A stretch of DNA of 20,000 nucleotides from an uncultured virus (IMG/VR IMGVR_UViG_3300046385_000116) (Duplodnaviria > Heunggongvirae > Uroviricota > Caudoviricetes). The stretch's first letter is position 1; every line of letters begins with the position of its first letter. The position numbers were made by a program, and so were the translations under genes. This document shows, piece by piece, positions 8,987 through 16,971 of this stretch. The stretch lies in the IMG/VR virus record IMGVR_UViG_3300046385_000116, one strand, 5' to 3'. The notes beneath the pieces were generated by a model that saw only the letters and a list, made by a program, of their open reading frames with translations, was not told the origin of the DNA and did not search any database.

Positions 8987-9015
8987 TTGACATACTCATG
9001 TAATAATGTTATTAT
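8987..9015 (+). promoter_or_regulatory. Sigma70-type promoter
   Basis: TTGACA (8987-8992), 17-nt spacer, TG-n-TATTAT (9010-9015). Confidence 0.65.
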
Positions 9016-9088
9016 TATACATATCTGAGGTTTGGACTACACCTTAGATTCTTTTGAAAGTAGTTCATTTAATTTATGGAGTTTTACA

Positions 9089-9361
9089 ATGTCTGCAAAA
9101 TCTAAAGTATTAGCTTACCTTTCAAAGGACAGCGCTTATAACACACTAACAGCTGCTAAAATGCAATCTATGTTTGGTGTTCAGAACCCTTCAGCAACAA
9201 TCGACACGTTGCGTAAAGAAGGTCACGCTATCTATTTGAATTCACGTATTAATGCCAATGGTGAGAAGATTTCTTTCTACCGTTTAGGCACACCAACTAA
9301 GCGTATCGTTGCCGCTGGTATCTTGGCACTACGTCAACACGGTGTTGCAACATTCGCCTAA
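9089..9361 (+). CDS. Small basic winged-helix-like DNA-binding protein (90 aa)
   Basis: GGAG upstream of ATG 9089; helix-turn-helix-like pattern LT...Q..FG..NPSATI..LR.EG..I followed by a beta wing (FYRLG). Confidence 0.6.
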   Translation: MSAKSKVLAYLSKDSAYNTLTAAKMQSMFGVQNPSATIDTLRKEGHAIYLNSRINANGEKISFYRLGTPTKRIVAAGILALRQHGVATFA

Positions 9362-9381
9362 TTTAGAGGCGTTTTACTAGT

Positions 9382-9418
9382 AGAGGAGAGATATATATTA
9401 GTATCTCTCCTCTTTTTT
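9382..9418 (+). terminator. Intrinsic terminator
   Basis: AGAGGAGAGATA / TATCTCTCCTCT 12-bp stem followed by a T run. Confidence 0.75.
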
Positions 9419-9434
9419 ATTTAATGGGTATACT

Positions 9435-10250
9435 ATGGAAATCAAAGTCAAAGTTGATGATTTGAAACTTAATAGACTATTCGTGGCTACACCGATGTAT
9501 GGTGGTATGAATCACGGTATGTATATGAAGTCTTGTTTAGATTTACAAAACATTTTAACACGTTATGGTGTTGAAGTGAAGTTTTCTTTCTTGTTCAATG
9601 AATCACTAATCACACGAGCTCGTAACTATCTGGTTGATGAGTTTCTCCGTTCGGATTGTACACATATGTTGTTTATCGATTCCGACATTCATTTTAATCC
9701 GCAAGATGTTATTGCTCTAATGGCATTAGACAAAGATGTTATTGGTGCACCTTATCCCAAAAAAGCAATCAATTGGGAGGCAGTTGCTTCAGCAGCAAGA
9801 AAACATCCTGACATCGAACCACGAGAACTGGAAACCTTAGTTGGTGAATATGTTTTTAATCCAGTTAAAGGTACATCGCAATTTTCTGTTACAGAACCTT
9901 TAGAGGTTTTAGAAATTGGTACAGGTTTCATGTTGATTAAACGTGAAGTGTTTGGTAAAATGGAAGAAGCTTATCCGTTAATTCGTTATAAACCAGACCA
10001 TGTTGGCCAAGCCAACTTTGATGGTTCTCGTTATATTCATGCTTACTTTGATACAGTGATTGATACTGTTGATAGTATGACTGGTGGTGGTTCTGACCGT
10101 TACCTGAGTGAAGATTATATGTTCTGTCAGATGTGGCGTAAGATTGGTGGACAAATTTACTTATGTCCATGGATGAAAACACAACACATTGGTACATATG
10201 CCTTTACTGGTAATATGCCTAAGATTGCACAGTACACAGGTAAACTATGA
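9435..10250 (+). CDS. GT-A-fold glycosyltransferase-like protein
   Basis: ATPMYGG start, ESLITRARN, DxD motif FIDSDI, GTGFMLI, SEDYMFC. Confidence 0.7.
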   Translation: MEIKVKVDDLKLNRLFVATPMYGGMNHGMYMKSCLDLQNILTRYGVEVKFSFLFNESLITRARNYLVDEFLRSDCTHMLFIDSDIHFNPQDVIALMALDKDVIGAPYPKKAINWEAVASAARKHPDIEPRELETLVGEYVFNPVKGTSQFSVTEPLEVLEIGTGFMLIKREVFGKMEEAYPLIRYKPDHVGQANFDGSRYIHAYFDTVIDTVDSMTGGGSDRYLSEDYMFCQMWRKIGGQIYLCPWMKTQHIGTYAFTGNMPKIAQYTGKL

Positions 10251-10873
10251 TTATTGGATTGGTAGGATTTATCGGTTCTGGTAAAGGAACCGTTGGTGAT
10301 ATTCTTGAACAAAAAGGATTTATCAAAGATAGTTTTGCCAAACCATTGAAAGATGCCTGTTCAGTTATGTTTGGTTGGCCACGAGAGATGCTTGAGGGTG
10401 ATACCGAAGTATCTCGTAAGTGGCGTGAAGAACCAGATGTTTACTGGAGTGAAAAATTTGGCAAAGAGTTCTCTCCTCGCCTTGCCCTACAACTGATGGG
10501 AACTGAAGCCGGCAGAAATGTATTTCACAAAGATATATGGGTTATTTCACTATTGAACCGTTCTAAAGGTAGAGATGTTGTGGTTACTGATGTGCGATTC
10601 CAAAATGAAATTAAATTCATACAAGATAACGGTGGTATTGTTATTCGTGTGAAACGTGGTGATGAACCTGTTTGGTACCAAGACGCTTTAAATGTCAAAG
10701 CTGGTACAAAAAATATGAGTTATTCCCTCAGTAAAAATAATCTAAAACAATTGGGTATACACCAATCTGAAACCGATTGGATAGGTTCCGATTTTGATTA
10801 TGTAATTGAAAATGACGGCACAATTACAGATTTAGGCAATAAAGTGAATGAGCTGTTGCAGTTCATTCGATAA
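10247..10873 (+). CDS. Deoxynucleoside monophosphate kinase (T4 gp1-like)
   Basis: P-loop GFIGSGKGT, SFAKPLK, PRLALQLMGTE, VTDVRFQNE. Confidence 0.9.
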   Translation: MIIGLVGFIGSGKGTVGDILEQKGFIKDSFAKPLKDACSVMFGWPREMLEGDTEVSRKWREEPDVYWSEKFGKEFSPRLALQLMGTEAGRNVFHKDIWVISLLNRSKGRDVVVTDVRFQNEIKFIQDNGGIVIRVKRGDEPVWYQDALNVKAGTKNMSYSLSKNNLKQLGIHQSETDWIGSDFDYVIENDGTITDLGNKVNELLQFIR

Positions 10874-10884
10874 TGTAGTATAAT
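10856..10884 (+). promoter_or_regulatory. Sigma70-type promoter upstream of gp45
   Basis: TTGCAG-17 nt-TATAAT. Confidence 0.55.
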
Positions 10885-10911
10885 TATTATGAATTTAACT
10901 TGGAGTATATT

Positions 10912-11592
10912 ATGAAACTATCTAACGATACATTGAACATCTTGAAAAACTTTGCTAGTATTAATACAGGCATCGTATTTCATCAAGGCAAGACAATTAA
11001 AACAATTTCCGGTAACAAGAACATTCTTGCAGAAGCCACCATCGCTGAAGAAATTCCAGTGGAATTTGGTGTTTATGATTTAAATAACTTTCTAACAGTA
11101 TTATCACTACACAAAGAAGAACCAGTCATTGACTTTGGTGATAAGATGGCTGTTATCTCTGGCCTATCTGGTCGTAGTAAACTTAACTATCGTTTCTGTG
11201 ACCCTACAATGGTAGTTGCACCTCCTGCGAAACCAATCGCTATGCCTGATTCAGAAATTGCATTTGAATTGTCTGATTCTGATTTAGAGTGGGTGATTCG
11301 TTCATCATCTGTATTGAGTTCACCGAACATCGCTGTCGTATCTGACGGTTCAAAGATTTCTCTACAATGTTTTGATGCGACCAATGATGCAGCTTCAACA
11401 AACACACTTGATGTTACTGATGGTAACGGTGACCGTTTCAAGATGATTTTCAAAACTGAAGCATTAAAGATGATTCCTGGTTCATATGATGTACATGTTT
11501 CATCGAAGGGTGTTTCACATTTCCGTAACAAAGCAAAAGACCTACAATATTGGATTACAACAGAAGCTGGTTCTACTTACAGCAAGGCTTAA
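10912..11592 (+). CDS. gp45: Sliding clamp
   Basis: MKLSNDTLNILKNFASIN, FGVYDLNNFL, YWITTE; GGAG upstream of ATG 10912. Confidence 0.95.
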   Translation: MKLSNDTLNILKNFASINTGIVFHQGKTIKTISGNKNILAEATIAEEIPVEFGVYDLNNFLTVLSLHKEEPVIDFGDKMAVISGLSGRSKLNYRFCDPTMVVAPPAKPIAMPDSEIAFELSDSDLEWVIRSSSVLSSPNIAVVSDGSKISLQCFDATNDAASTNTLDVTDGNGDRFKMIFKTEALKMIPGSYDVHVSSKGVSHFRNKAKDLQYWITTEAGSTYSKA

Positions 11593-11593
11593 T

Positions 11594-11773
11594 ATGTTAG
11601 TTACCTTTCAGAAGTATTCCGGAGGTGTAGTTGCAATTAATCCTAAATTTGTTATGATGATTGAAGAAGCCAAGAGTGGTACTAACATTATGATGTCTGA
11701 TGGTGGTACCACTAAGGTTACTGAATCTTATCTCAATGTTGTAGGTATCGTTCAAGGTCAGTTGAATCGTTGA
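11594..11773 (+). CDS. Small hypothetical protein (59 aa), FlbD-like beta-rich pattern
   Basis: ATG 1 nt after gp45 stop; VAINPKFV..IEE...T.I.M..G...V.ES pattern. Confidence 0.6.
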   Translation: MLVTFQKYSGGVVAINPKFVMMIEEAKSGTNIMMSDGGTTKVTESYLNVVGIVQGQLNR

Positions 11774-12330
11774 ATACGATTGGTTTTAGGTCTTAGTCTG
11801 AAAAAGGTTGGATATTTTTCACTATCTAACCTTTTCCTGATACTTATTCCGGGAAAAGCAGACTGAGCTTCACCAACAGAATTGTATATTACACCATCAC
11901 ATGATACGGGACAACGATTAGCTTGTATCATTTTATCTTTGCCTAGTAGTAGATAATTTACAGCATCAGGTCTTTTTTTACCATACATACCATTTTTTGA
12001 ACCAGACTGGTCTCTTTTTTGTATACCTAATTTATAATTTGGAGAAGAAGATGTGTCACCACCATCACCACCTCTTGTCATGTTGTATTTTGGAGAAAGT
12101 TTTTCAATCCAAAACATTTCACGTAAATTGGAATCATGTTGATTGACTTCCTCCAATATCTTAAAGGTAAAGTTTTCGGTACCATATTTACGCATAGCTC
12201 TATGTAAATATGCCTCACTTTTATGTTTTAATGAGTTATACTTATGCTTGTAAAATCTATCTTTTGGATTTTTAGTTTTACCGATATAGAAATCGGATGT
12301 TATTGTGTTGGTGATTTGATAAATAACCAT
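11758..12330 (-). CDS. GIY-YIG homing endonuclease (Seg-like, free-standing) with NUMOD-like C-terminus
   Basis: VIYQITN...FYIGKT..R, E..WI...YN; GSKNGMYGKK motif; AAGGA Shine-Dalgarno supports ATG at 12330 rather than the track start at 12372. Confidence 0.85.
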   Translation of the reverse strand: MVIYQITNTITSDFYIGKTKNPKDRFYKHKYNSLKHKSEAYLHRAMRKYGTENFTFKILEEVNQHDSNLREMFWIEKLSPKYNMTRGGDGGDTSSSPNYKLGIQKRDQSGSKNGMYGKKRPDAVNYLLLGKDKMIQANRCPVSCDGVIYNSVGEAQSAFPGISIRKRLDSEKYPTFFRLRPKTNRIQRFN

Positions 12331-12396
12331 GCTGGCATTCCTTTTCAATGTTAGAGTAGGTGCAGACTGCAATCTGGCGACCTACACCTATTTAGT
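12328..12396 (-). promoter_or_regulatory. Endonuclease leader element, copy 1 (late-promoter-like ACTAAATA + two hairpins + SD)
   Basis: 44-nt core 12351-12394 has identical flanks to 19138-19181 and a covarying inner stem. Confidence 0.75.
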
Positions 12397-12425
12397 ATTT
12401 TTTTATATTTGAGGAACATTATATT

Positions 12426-13364
12426 ATGACTGTTGAACACCTTTTGTGGACTGAGCATTACAGGCCTAAAACTATCGCTGACTGTATTCTACCAGAACGG
12501 TTAAAGAAACCGTTTCAGGAATACGTCAATCAAAAAAATATTCCCAATCTTCTTCTTGCAGGTGGCGCCGGCGTAGGTAAAACTACTGTCGCCAAAGCCA
12601 TGTGTGAGGAGATTGGTTGTGATTATATGGTCATCAACGGTTCTGATGAATCTGGTATTGATACTTTCCGCAACAAGATTAAAACATATGCTTCTAGTAT
12701 GTCACTATCTGGTGGTCGTAAAGTTATCATCATCGATGAGGCAGACTATCTAAATCCTAATTCAACTCAACCTGCTTTGCGTAATGCGATTGAAGAATTC
12801 GCAAGTAACTGTTCATTCATTTTTACTTGTAACTTCAAGAATCGTATTATTGACCCACTACACAGTCGTTGTGCTGTGATTGATTTTGGTTTGAAGAATG
12901 ATGAGAAGTCTGAGATGGCTGGTCAATTCTTTAAACGTGTTAGTGGTATTTTGCAAACTGAAAAAGTTGAGTTTGAACCTAAGGTAATTGCTGAACTTGT
13001 TAAGAAACACTTTCCAGATTTTCGTAGAGTGATTAATGAGTTGCAAAGATTCTCCAAGTTTGGTAAGATTGATACCAATGTACTTTCACAAATCGGTGAT
13101 GTATCTATTTCTGAAATCGTAAAACACCTCAAAGAAAAAGACTTTGGTGCCATTCGTAAATGGGTTGCAACAACAGATGTAGATGCTACTACACTATATC
13201 GTAAAATCTATGACAATCTTTATGATGTATTGAAACCTCAATCTATTCCACAGGCAGTTGTAATCTTGGCTGACTATCAATATAAACAAGCGTTTGTTGC
13301 TGACCAAGAAATCAATACAGTAGCTTGTTTAACTGAGTTGATGGTATCTGTGGAGTTTAAATGA
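12426..13364 (+). CDS. gp44: Clamp loader large subunit
   Basis: LWTEHYRP, GAGVGKTT, IIDEAD, SRC motif, FPDFRR. Confidence 0.95.
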   Translation: MTVEHLLWTEHYRPKTIADCILPERLKKPFQEYVNQKNIPNLLLAGGAGVGKTTVAKAMCEEIGCDYMVINGSDESGIDTFRNKIKTYASSMSLSGGRKVIIIDEADYLNPNSTQPALRNAIEEFASNCSFIFTCNFKNRIIDPLHSRCAVIDFGLKNDEKSEMAGQFFKRVSGILQTEKVEFEPKVIAELVKKHFPDFRRVINELQRFSKFGKIDTNVLSQIGDVSISEIVKHLKEKDFGAIRKWVATTDVDATTLYRKIYDNLYDVLKPQSIPQAVVILADYQYKQAFVADQEINTVACLTELMVSVEFK

Positions 13365-13645
13365 TTGATTTAATATTAAATACTTTTTCATGGATTAAAG
13401 ATGACTGGAATTCTAATCGCTTCCGTTTTGTTATTGAGTTGCTTGCTTGGGCTATTAGTATTGGGTGTAGTATTACGATGGCGCTTACCGTGCCCAACCC
13501 ACCACTTTTGGTTCTCTATCCTATTTGGATTTCTGGCTGCGCCATGTATGCTTGGGCTGCTTATACTAGGAAATCGTTTGGGATGTTGGCTAACTATGTC
13601 TTGTTAACCACTATCGATACTATTGGATTGGTGAGAATGTTATGA
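13361..13645 (+). CDS. Small membrane protein (about 3 TM helices)
   Basis: Three hydrophobic segments; ATGA-type overlaps with both gp44 and gp62. Confidence 0.7.
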   Translation: MIDLILNTFSWIKDDWNSNRFRFVIELLAWAISIGCSITMALTVPNPPLLVLYPIWISGCAMYAWAAYTRKSFGMLANYVLLTTIDTIGLVRML

Positions 13646-14028
13646 GTAATCCATTTGATTATGTAAATTCAATTTTACAAAACAAAACACAGATGATGGT
13701 CGATGATGCCACTGAGGCAGCCTATGTTTCATTCTTAGTAAATCGTAGTCTATCCTACCATATGGACACGATTGCTTTCGCAAATGAGATGAACCGCAGA
13801 CACTTTATAGACAAGAAAATGCAGTTCGATTTTTTACTAAATACAGTAAGGTCAAAGAAACGACCTTTTGCGAAGTGGGCAAAACCTGAGAAAAACGATG
13901 ATTTATCATGTATCAAACAAGTCTATGGTTTCTCAGACTCCAAAGCTCGTGATGCTTTACGCCTACTAAGTGATGAACAAATCCAAAAATTAAAAGAAAA
14001 AACCGATGTCGGTGGATTGAGGAAATAA
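13642..14028 (+). CDS. gp62: Clamp loader small subunit
   Basis: PFDYVNSI, FLVNRSLSY..D....NEMN, QFDFLLN, KWAK. Confidence 0.9.
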   Translation: MSNPFDYVNSILQNKTQMMVDDATEAAYVSFLVNRSLSYHMDTIAFANEMNRRHFIDKKMQFDFLLNTVRSKKRPFAKWAKPEKNDDLSCIKQVYGFSDSKARDALRLLSDEQIQKLKEKTDVGGLRK

Positions 14029-14029
14029 C

Positions 14030-14434
14030 ATGGTAGACCTATCAACTTTCGTTGAAGTGAAACTAAATGAACAAGATGATTTTTTAAAGGTACGTGAAAC
14101 TTTGACCCGTATCGGTGTATCATCACGCAAAGAAAAGGTATTATACCAGTCTTGTCATATACTTCACAAACAAGGACAATATTACATTGTTCATTTTAAA
14201 GAATTATTTGCATTAGATGGTAAGCCTTCTAATATATCTGAGAATGATATTCAACGCAGAAATGCTATTGCAAACCTGTTGGAAGAATGGGGATTGGTTA
14301 CAATTATTAACCCACAAATTATGGTTGACAACATCGCACCTATTCATCAGATTAAAATCATTTCATATCGTGAAAAGGATGAGTGGGAATTAATCAGTAA
14401 ATATAATATTGGTAAGAAAAAAACCGATTATTGA
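14030..14434 (+). CDS. regA: Translational repressor RegA
   Basis: DDFLKVRETLTRIG, LYQSCHILHKQG.YYIVHFKELF.LDG, W.L..KY.IG. Confidence 0.97.
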   Translation: MVDLSTFVEVKLNEQDDFLKVRETLTRIGVSSRKEKVLYQSCHILHKQGQYYIVHFKELFALDGKPSNISENDIQRRNAIANLLEEWGLVTIINPQIMVDNIAPIHQIKIISYREKDEWELISKYNIGKKKTDY

Positions 14435-14442
14435 TATAAATA
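14435..14442 (+). promoter_or_regulatory. T4-type late promoter
   Basis: Exact TATAAATA immediately after the regA stop codon. Confidence 0.7.
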
Positions 14443-14448
14443 ATTATT

Positions 14449-14625
14449 ATGAAAACTGTGAAATTAAAAAATATATTCAACGGAGAAATAGTGTTCTGTA
14501 ATGATTTAAATAATATTACAGAAGCTAACGGTACTAAATTTATTACCGTATTCAAAGAAGAACATAGTCAAAGGACTTTTTTAGTTAATAAAGAGGCCTT
14601 TGAAATTGTAACGGATACACCTTAG
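14449..14625 (+). CDS. Small hypothetical protein (58 aa, not in ORF track), probably leaderless
   Basis: MKTVKLKNIFNGEIVFC...EIVTDTP*; fills the gap after regA; ATG 6 nt downstream of TATAAATA. Confidence 0.6.
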   Translation: MKTVKLKNIFNGEIVFCNDLNNITEANGTKFITVFKEEHSQRTFLVNKEAFEIVTDTP

Positions 14626-14793
14626 GACCGCTAAGTAACGTATCGTGGATAAAACGGCTACAACGATAGGGTAGCGCCAGAGCTCGTAACTGGCAGTCAA
14701 AAGTGGAACTCGGTCCTACTGCGACTTAATACTCCGAGGGATAGGTTACGGGACACCTACACAAGAAGTCCCTCACCACGCCTTATGGGTGGT
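14621..14793 (+). ncRNA. Highly structured RNA element upstream of hsp20 (family not recognised)
   Basis: Six adjacent hairpins plus three loop-mediated complementarities in a locally GC-richer non-coding stretch. Confidence 0.7.
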
Positions 14794-14824
14794 AAAATTT
14801 AACTCGCTTAATAGGAGATTTAAC

Positions 14825-15283
14825 ATGACATTTCATAAATTTGTTGCAAATGATTTAAACCGTATTGCACAACAAGCCGTTGGTTTTGACCGTATGTTCG
14901 ATGTATTTGAAAATATGGTTGCAGAAAAATCAACATATCCCCATCATAATATTATTAAAACAGGTCAAGAAACTTATCTTGTAGAATTGGCAGTAGCTGG
15001 TTTCGATGATAAAGATATTTCTATTGAACTTGAAAAGAATGTTCTACACATTCGTGGTGATAAAGCAGAAGAACTGGATCCAGATTTTGAATATTTACAT
15101 CGTGGTATTGCGACCCGTTCTTTTCATAAAACAATTCAATTAGCTGATACAATTGAAATTGATGATGCTGTTTTAGAAAATGGTATTCTTAGATTATTTT
15201 TACAGAATATTATTCCTGAAGAAAAGAAACCTAAGAAGATTCCAATCACCAAAGCGGGCAAGAAACAACTCTTGACTGAGTAA
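14825..15283 (+). CDS. hsp20: Small heat shock protein (Hsp20/IbpA-like)
   Basis: YPHHNI, ELAVAGF, YLHRGIATRSF, LENGIL, PEEKKPKKIPI; AGGAG upstream of ATG 14825. Confidence 0.93.
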   Translation: MTFHKFVANDLNRIAQQAVGFDRMFDVFENMVAEKSTYPHHNIIKTGQETYLVELAVAGFDDKDISIELEKNVLHIRGDKAEELDPDFEYLHRGIATRSFHKTIQLADTIEIDDAVLENGILRLFLQNIIPEEKKPKKIPITKAGKKQLLTE

Positions 15284-15290
15284 CCTCAAT

Positions 15291-15319
15291 GGTGTGGATG
15301 TTTGCCGCATCCACACCTT
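15291..15319 (+). terminator. Hairpin after hsp20 (terminator or mRNA-stabilising stem)
   Basis: GGTGTGGATG / CATCCACACC perfect 10-bp stem but only a short T tail. Confidence 0.45.
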
Positions 15320-15342
15320 AACTATGATATAATAGTTATATT

Positions 15343-16275
15343 ATGAAAATTGCTTTAGCGTCTGACCTCCATTTAGAATTTGCCGACATCTTATTGAAAA
15401 ATACTGATGGTGCTGACGTATTACTTTTAGCTGGTGATATTTGTGTTGCCCATAATTTGATGGAAGACGGAGCTGCATTTGCTGAAAAATCACGGAGACT
15501 CCACGATTTCTTCAAAAGATGTTGCTTTCAATTTCCTCATGTAATCTATGTGGTTGGTAACCATGAACACTATCATGGTGACTTTAAATATACAGTATCA
15601 CATTTGAAAAGAATGTTGAGTTATTTACCTAATTTGGTTATCTTAGATACTGAAGCCTTTACATTGGGTGATGTAACATTTATTGGTGGTACTTTGTGGA
15701 CTGATATGAACAAAGAAGATGCTTTGACTTTGTTTCATATGCGTAGTAGAATGAGTGACTATCATGTAACAGAAAATAGTCACCGTATGATACAGAAAAA
15801 AGTTCCATTGTATGAATTGAATCCTGATTACACACCTGATGGTCGTAATGGTGGAATGTATAAAATTGATGAGAATGGATACTATAACAAAATTGGTGAA
15901 AAGACCAAAGAAGAACCTAGTAAACTTCATCCAGAAGATACGGTTGAGTATCACAAAAAGATGGTCGACTATATCAAAATTGTAACTGGTATGTTTGCAA
16001 ATCCACAGAAGTATGTTGTGGTTGGCCACCATTCACCAAGTAAAGCATCAACACATCCTCGATACAAAGAAGATACATTGATGAACGGTGCATACAGTAG
16101 TGATTTGTCTGAGTTCATTTTAGATAGACCACAAATTAAGTTATGGGTTCACGGTCACACACATGACCCATTTGATTATATGATTGGTAGTACCAGAGTT
16201 GTCTGTAATCCTCGTGGTTATCATGGCCACGAAAGACAAGCAGATTTATTTGAATTAAAATTTATGGAGATATGA
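15343..16275 (+). CDS. Calcineurin-like metallophosphoesterase
   Basis: SDLHLE, AGDI, GNHE, GHHSP, HGHTH, NPRGY. Confidence 0.9.
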   Translation: MKIALASDLHLEFADILLKNTDGADVLLLAGDICVAHNLMEDGAAFAEKSRRLHDFFKRCCFQFPHVIYVVGNHEHYHGDFKYTVSHLKRMLSYLPNLVILDTEAFTLGDVTFIGGTLWTDMNKEDALTLFHMRSRMSDYHVTENSHRMIQKKVPLYELNPDYTPDGRNGGMYKIDENGYYNKIGEKTKEEPSKLHPEDTVEYHKKMVDYIKIVTGMFANPQKYVVVGHHSPSKASTHPRYKEDTLMNGAYSSDLSEFILDRPQIKLWVHGHTHDPFDYMIGSTRVVCNPRGYHGHERQADLFELKFMEI

Positions 16276-16442
16276 TGAAACCTAAAACTAATGGAACATT
16301 TAACTTGAGTAAGTCAACTAAACGTGTTCTTGCTACCAAGTTCGGTCAAGAAGCTGTTGATTTCAAACATCAGATGATTGATGCTGAGGTTGCTTTTGCC
16401 AAGGCTAAGTTGGCGAAACCAGCAAAAACAAAAGGTGAATAA
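16272..16442 (+). CDS. Small basic hypothetical protein (56 aa, not in ORF track)
   Basis: MMKPKTNGTFNLSKSTKRVLA...KTKGE*; GGAG upstream; overlaps both neighbours. Confidence 0.65.
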   Translation: MMKPKTNGTFNLSKSTKRVLATKFGQEAVDFKHQMIDAEVAFAKAKLAKPAKTKGE

Positions 16443-16885
16443 TGAAACCTAAGTTCATACCGATGTATATGTCAATTGCTGAAACGGTTGCAAAACAATC
16501 TTCAGCTAAGCGTTTACAAGTAGGCGCTATCATTGTAAAAGAAGATAGAGTTATATCTTTGGGTTACAATGGTATGCCTGCCGGTTGGACTAATGAGTGT
16601 GAAGAAGTTATTGAACAGCATGAAGATGGTGGCCAAGTAACTAGAACCAAAGATGAGGTGATTCATGCTGAGGCAAATGCTATTGCTAAGTTAGCACGAA
16701 GTACCGAAGCTGGTGAAGGTTCAGAAATGTTCCTTACTCATGCACCTTGTATACATTGTGCTAAACAAATCTTTACTGCTGGTATAAAAAAGGTATACTA
16801 TCGTAATACTTACCGTGATACAAGTGGGTTGGATTTTTTAGGTAAGTGTGGAGTTGATATAGAAAAAATTGATAACATCGATTGA
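16442..16885 (+). CDS. cd: dCMP deaminase
   Basis: VGAIIV, GYNG, HAEANAI, PCIHC. Confidence 0.92.
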   Translation: MKPKFIPMYMSIAETVAKQSSAKRLQVGAIIVKEDRVISLGYNGMPAGWTNECEEVIEQHEDGGQVTRTKDEVIHAEANAIAKLARSTEAGEGSEMFLTHAPCIHCAKQIFTAGIKKVYYRNTYRDTSGLDFLGKCGVDIEKIDNID

Positions 16886-16924
16886 AAAATATCATTAGAC
16901 AAATAAGTGAAATAGTGATAAACT
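16859..16924 (+). promoter_or_regulatory. OxyR-type box abutting a sigma70 promoter for rubrerythrin
   Basis: ATAG-N7-TGAT-N7-ATTG-N7-TCAT (16859-16895), then TAGACA, 17-nt spacer, TG-n-TAAACT. Confidence 0.6.
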
Positions 16925-16971
16925 ATGAATAAGTAATACTATTAGATTATTACTATTAACTAGGAGATTAT

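Noticed and set aside
12331..12372. N-terminal extension of the first endonuclease as given in the ORF track
   Set aside because: Runs through the conserved leader hairpins; the Shine-Dalgarno and alignment with copy 2 place the start at 12330
14621..14793. Known small self-cleaving ribozyme (hammerhead, twister) or tRNA
   Set aside because: No CUGAnGA/GAAA hammerhead core, the UAA at 14727 lacks a matching twister P2 partner, and there is no T-loop/CCA cloverleaf
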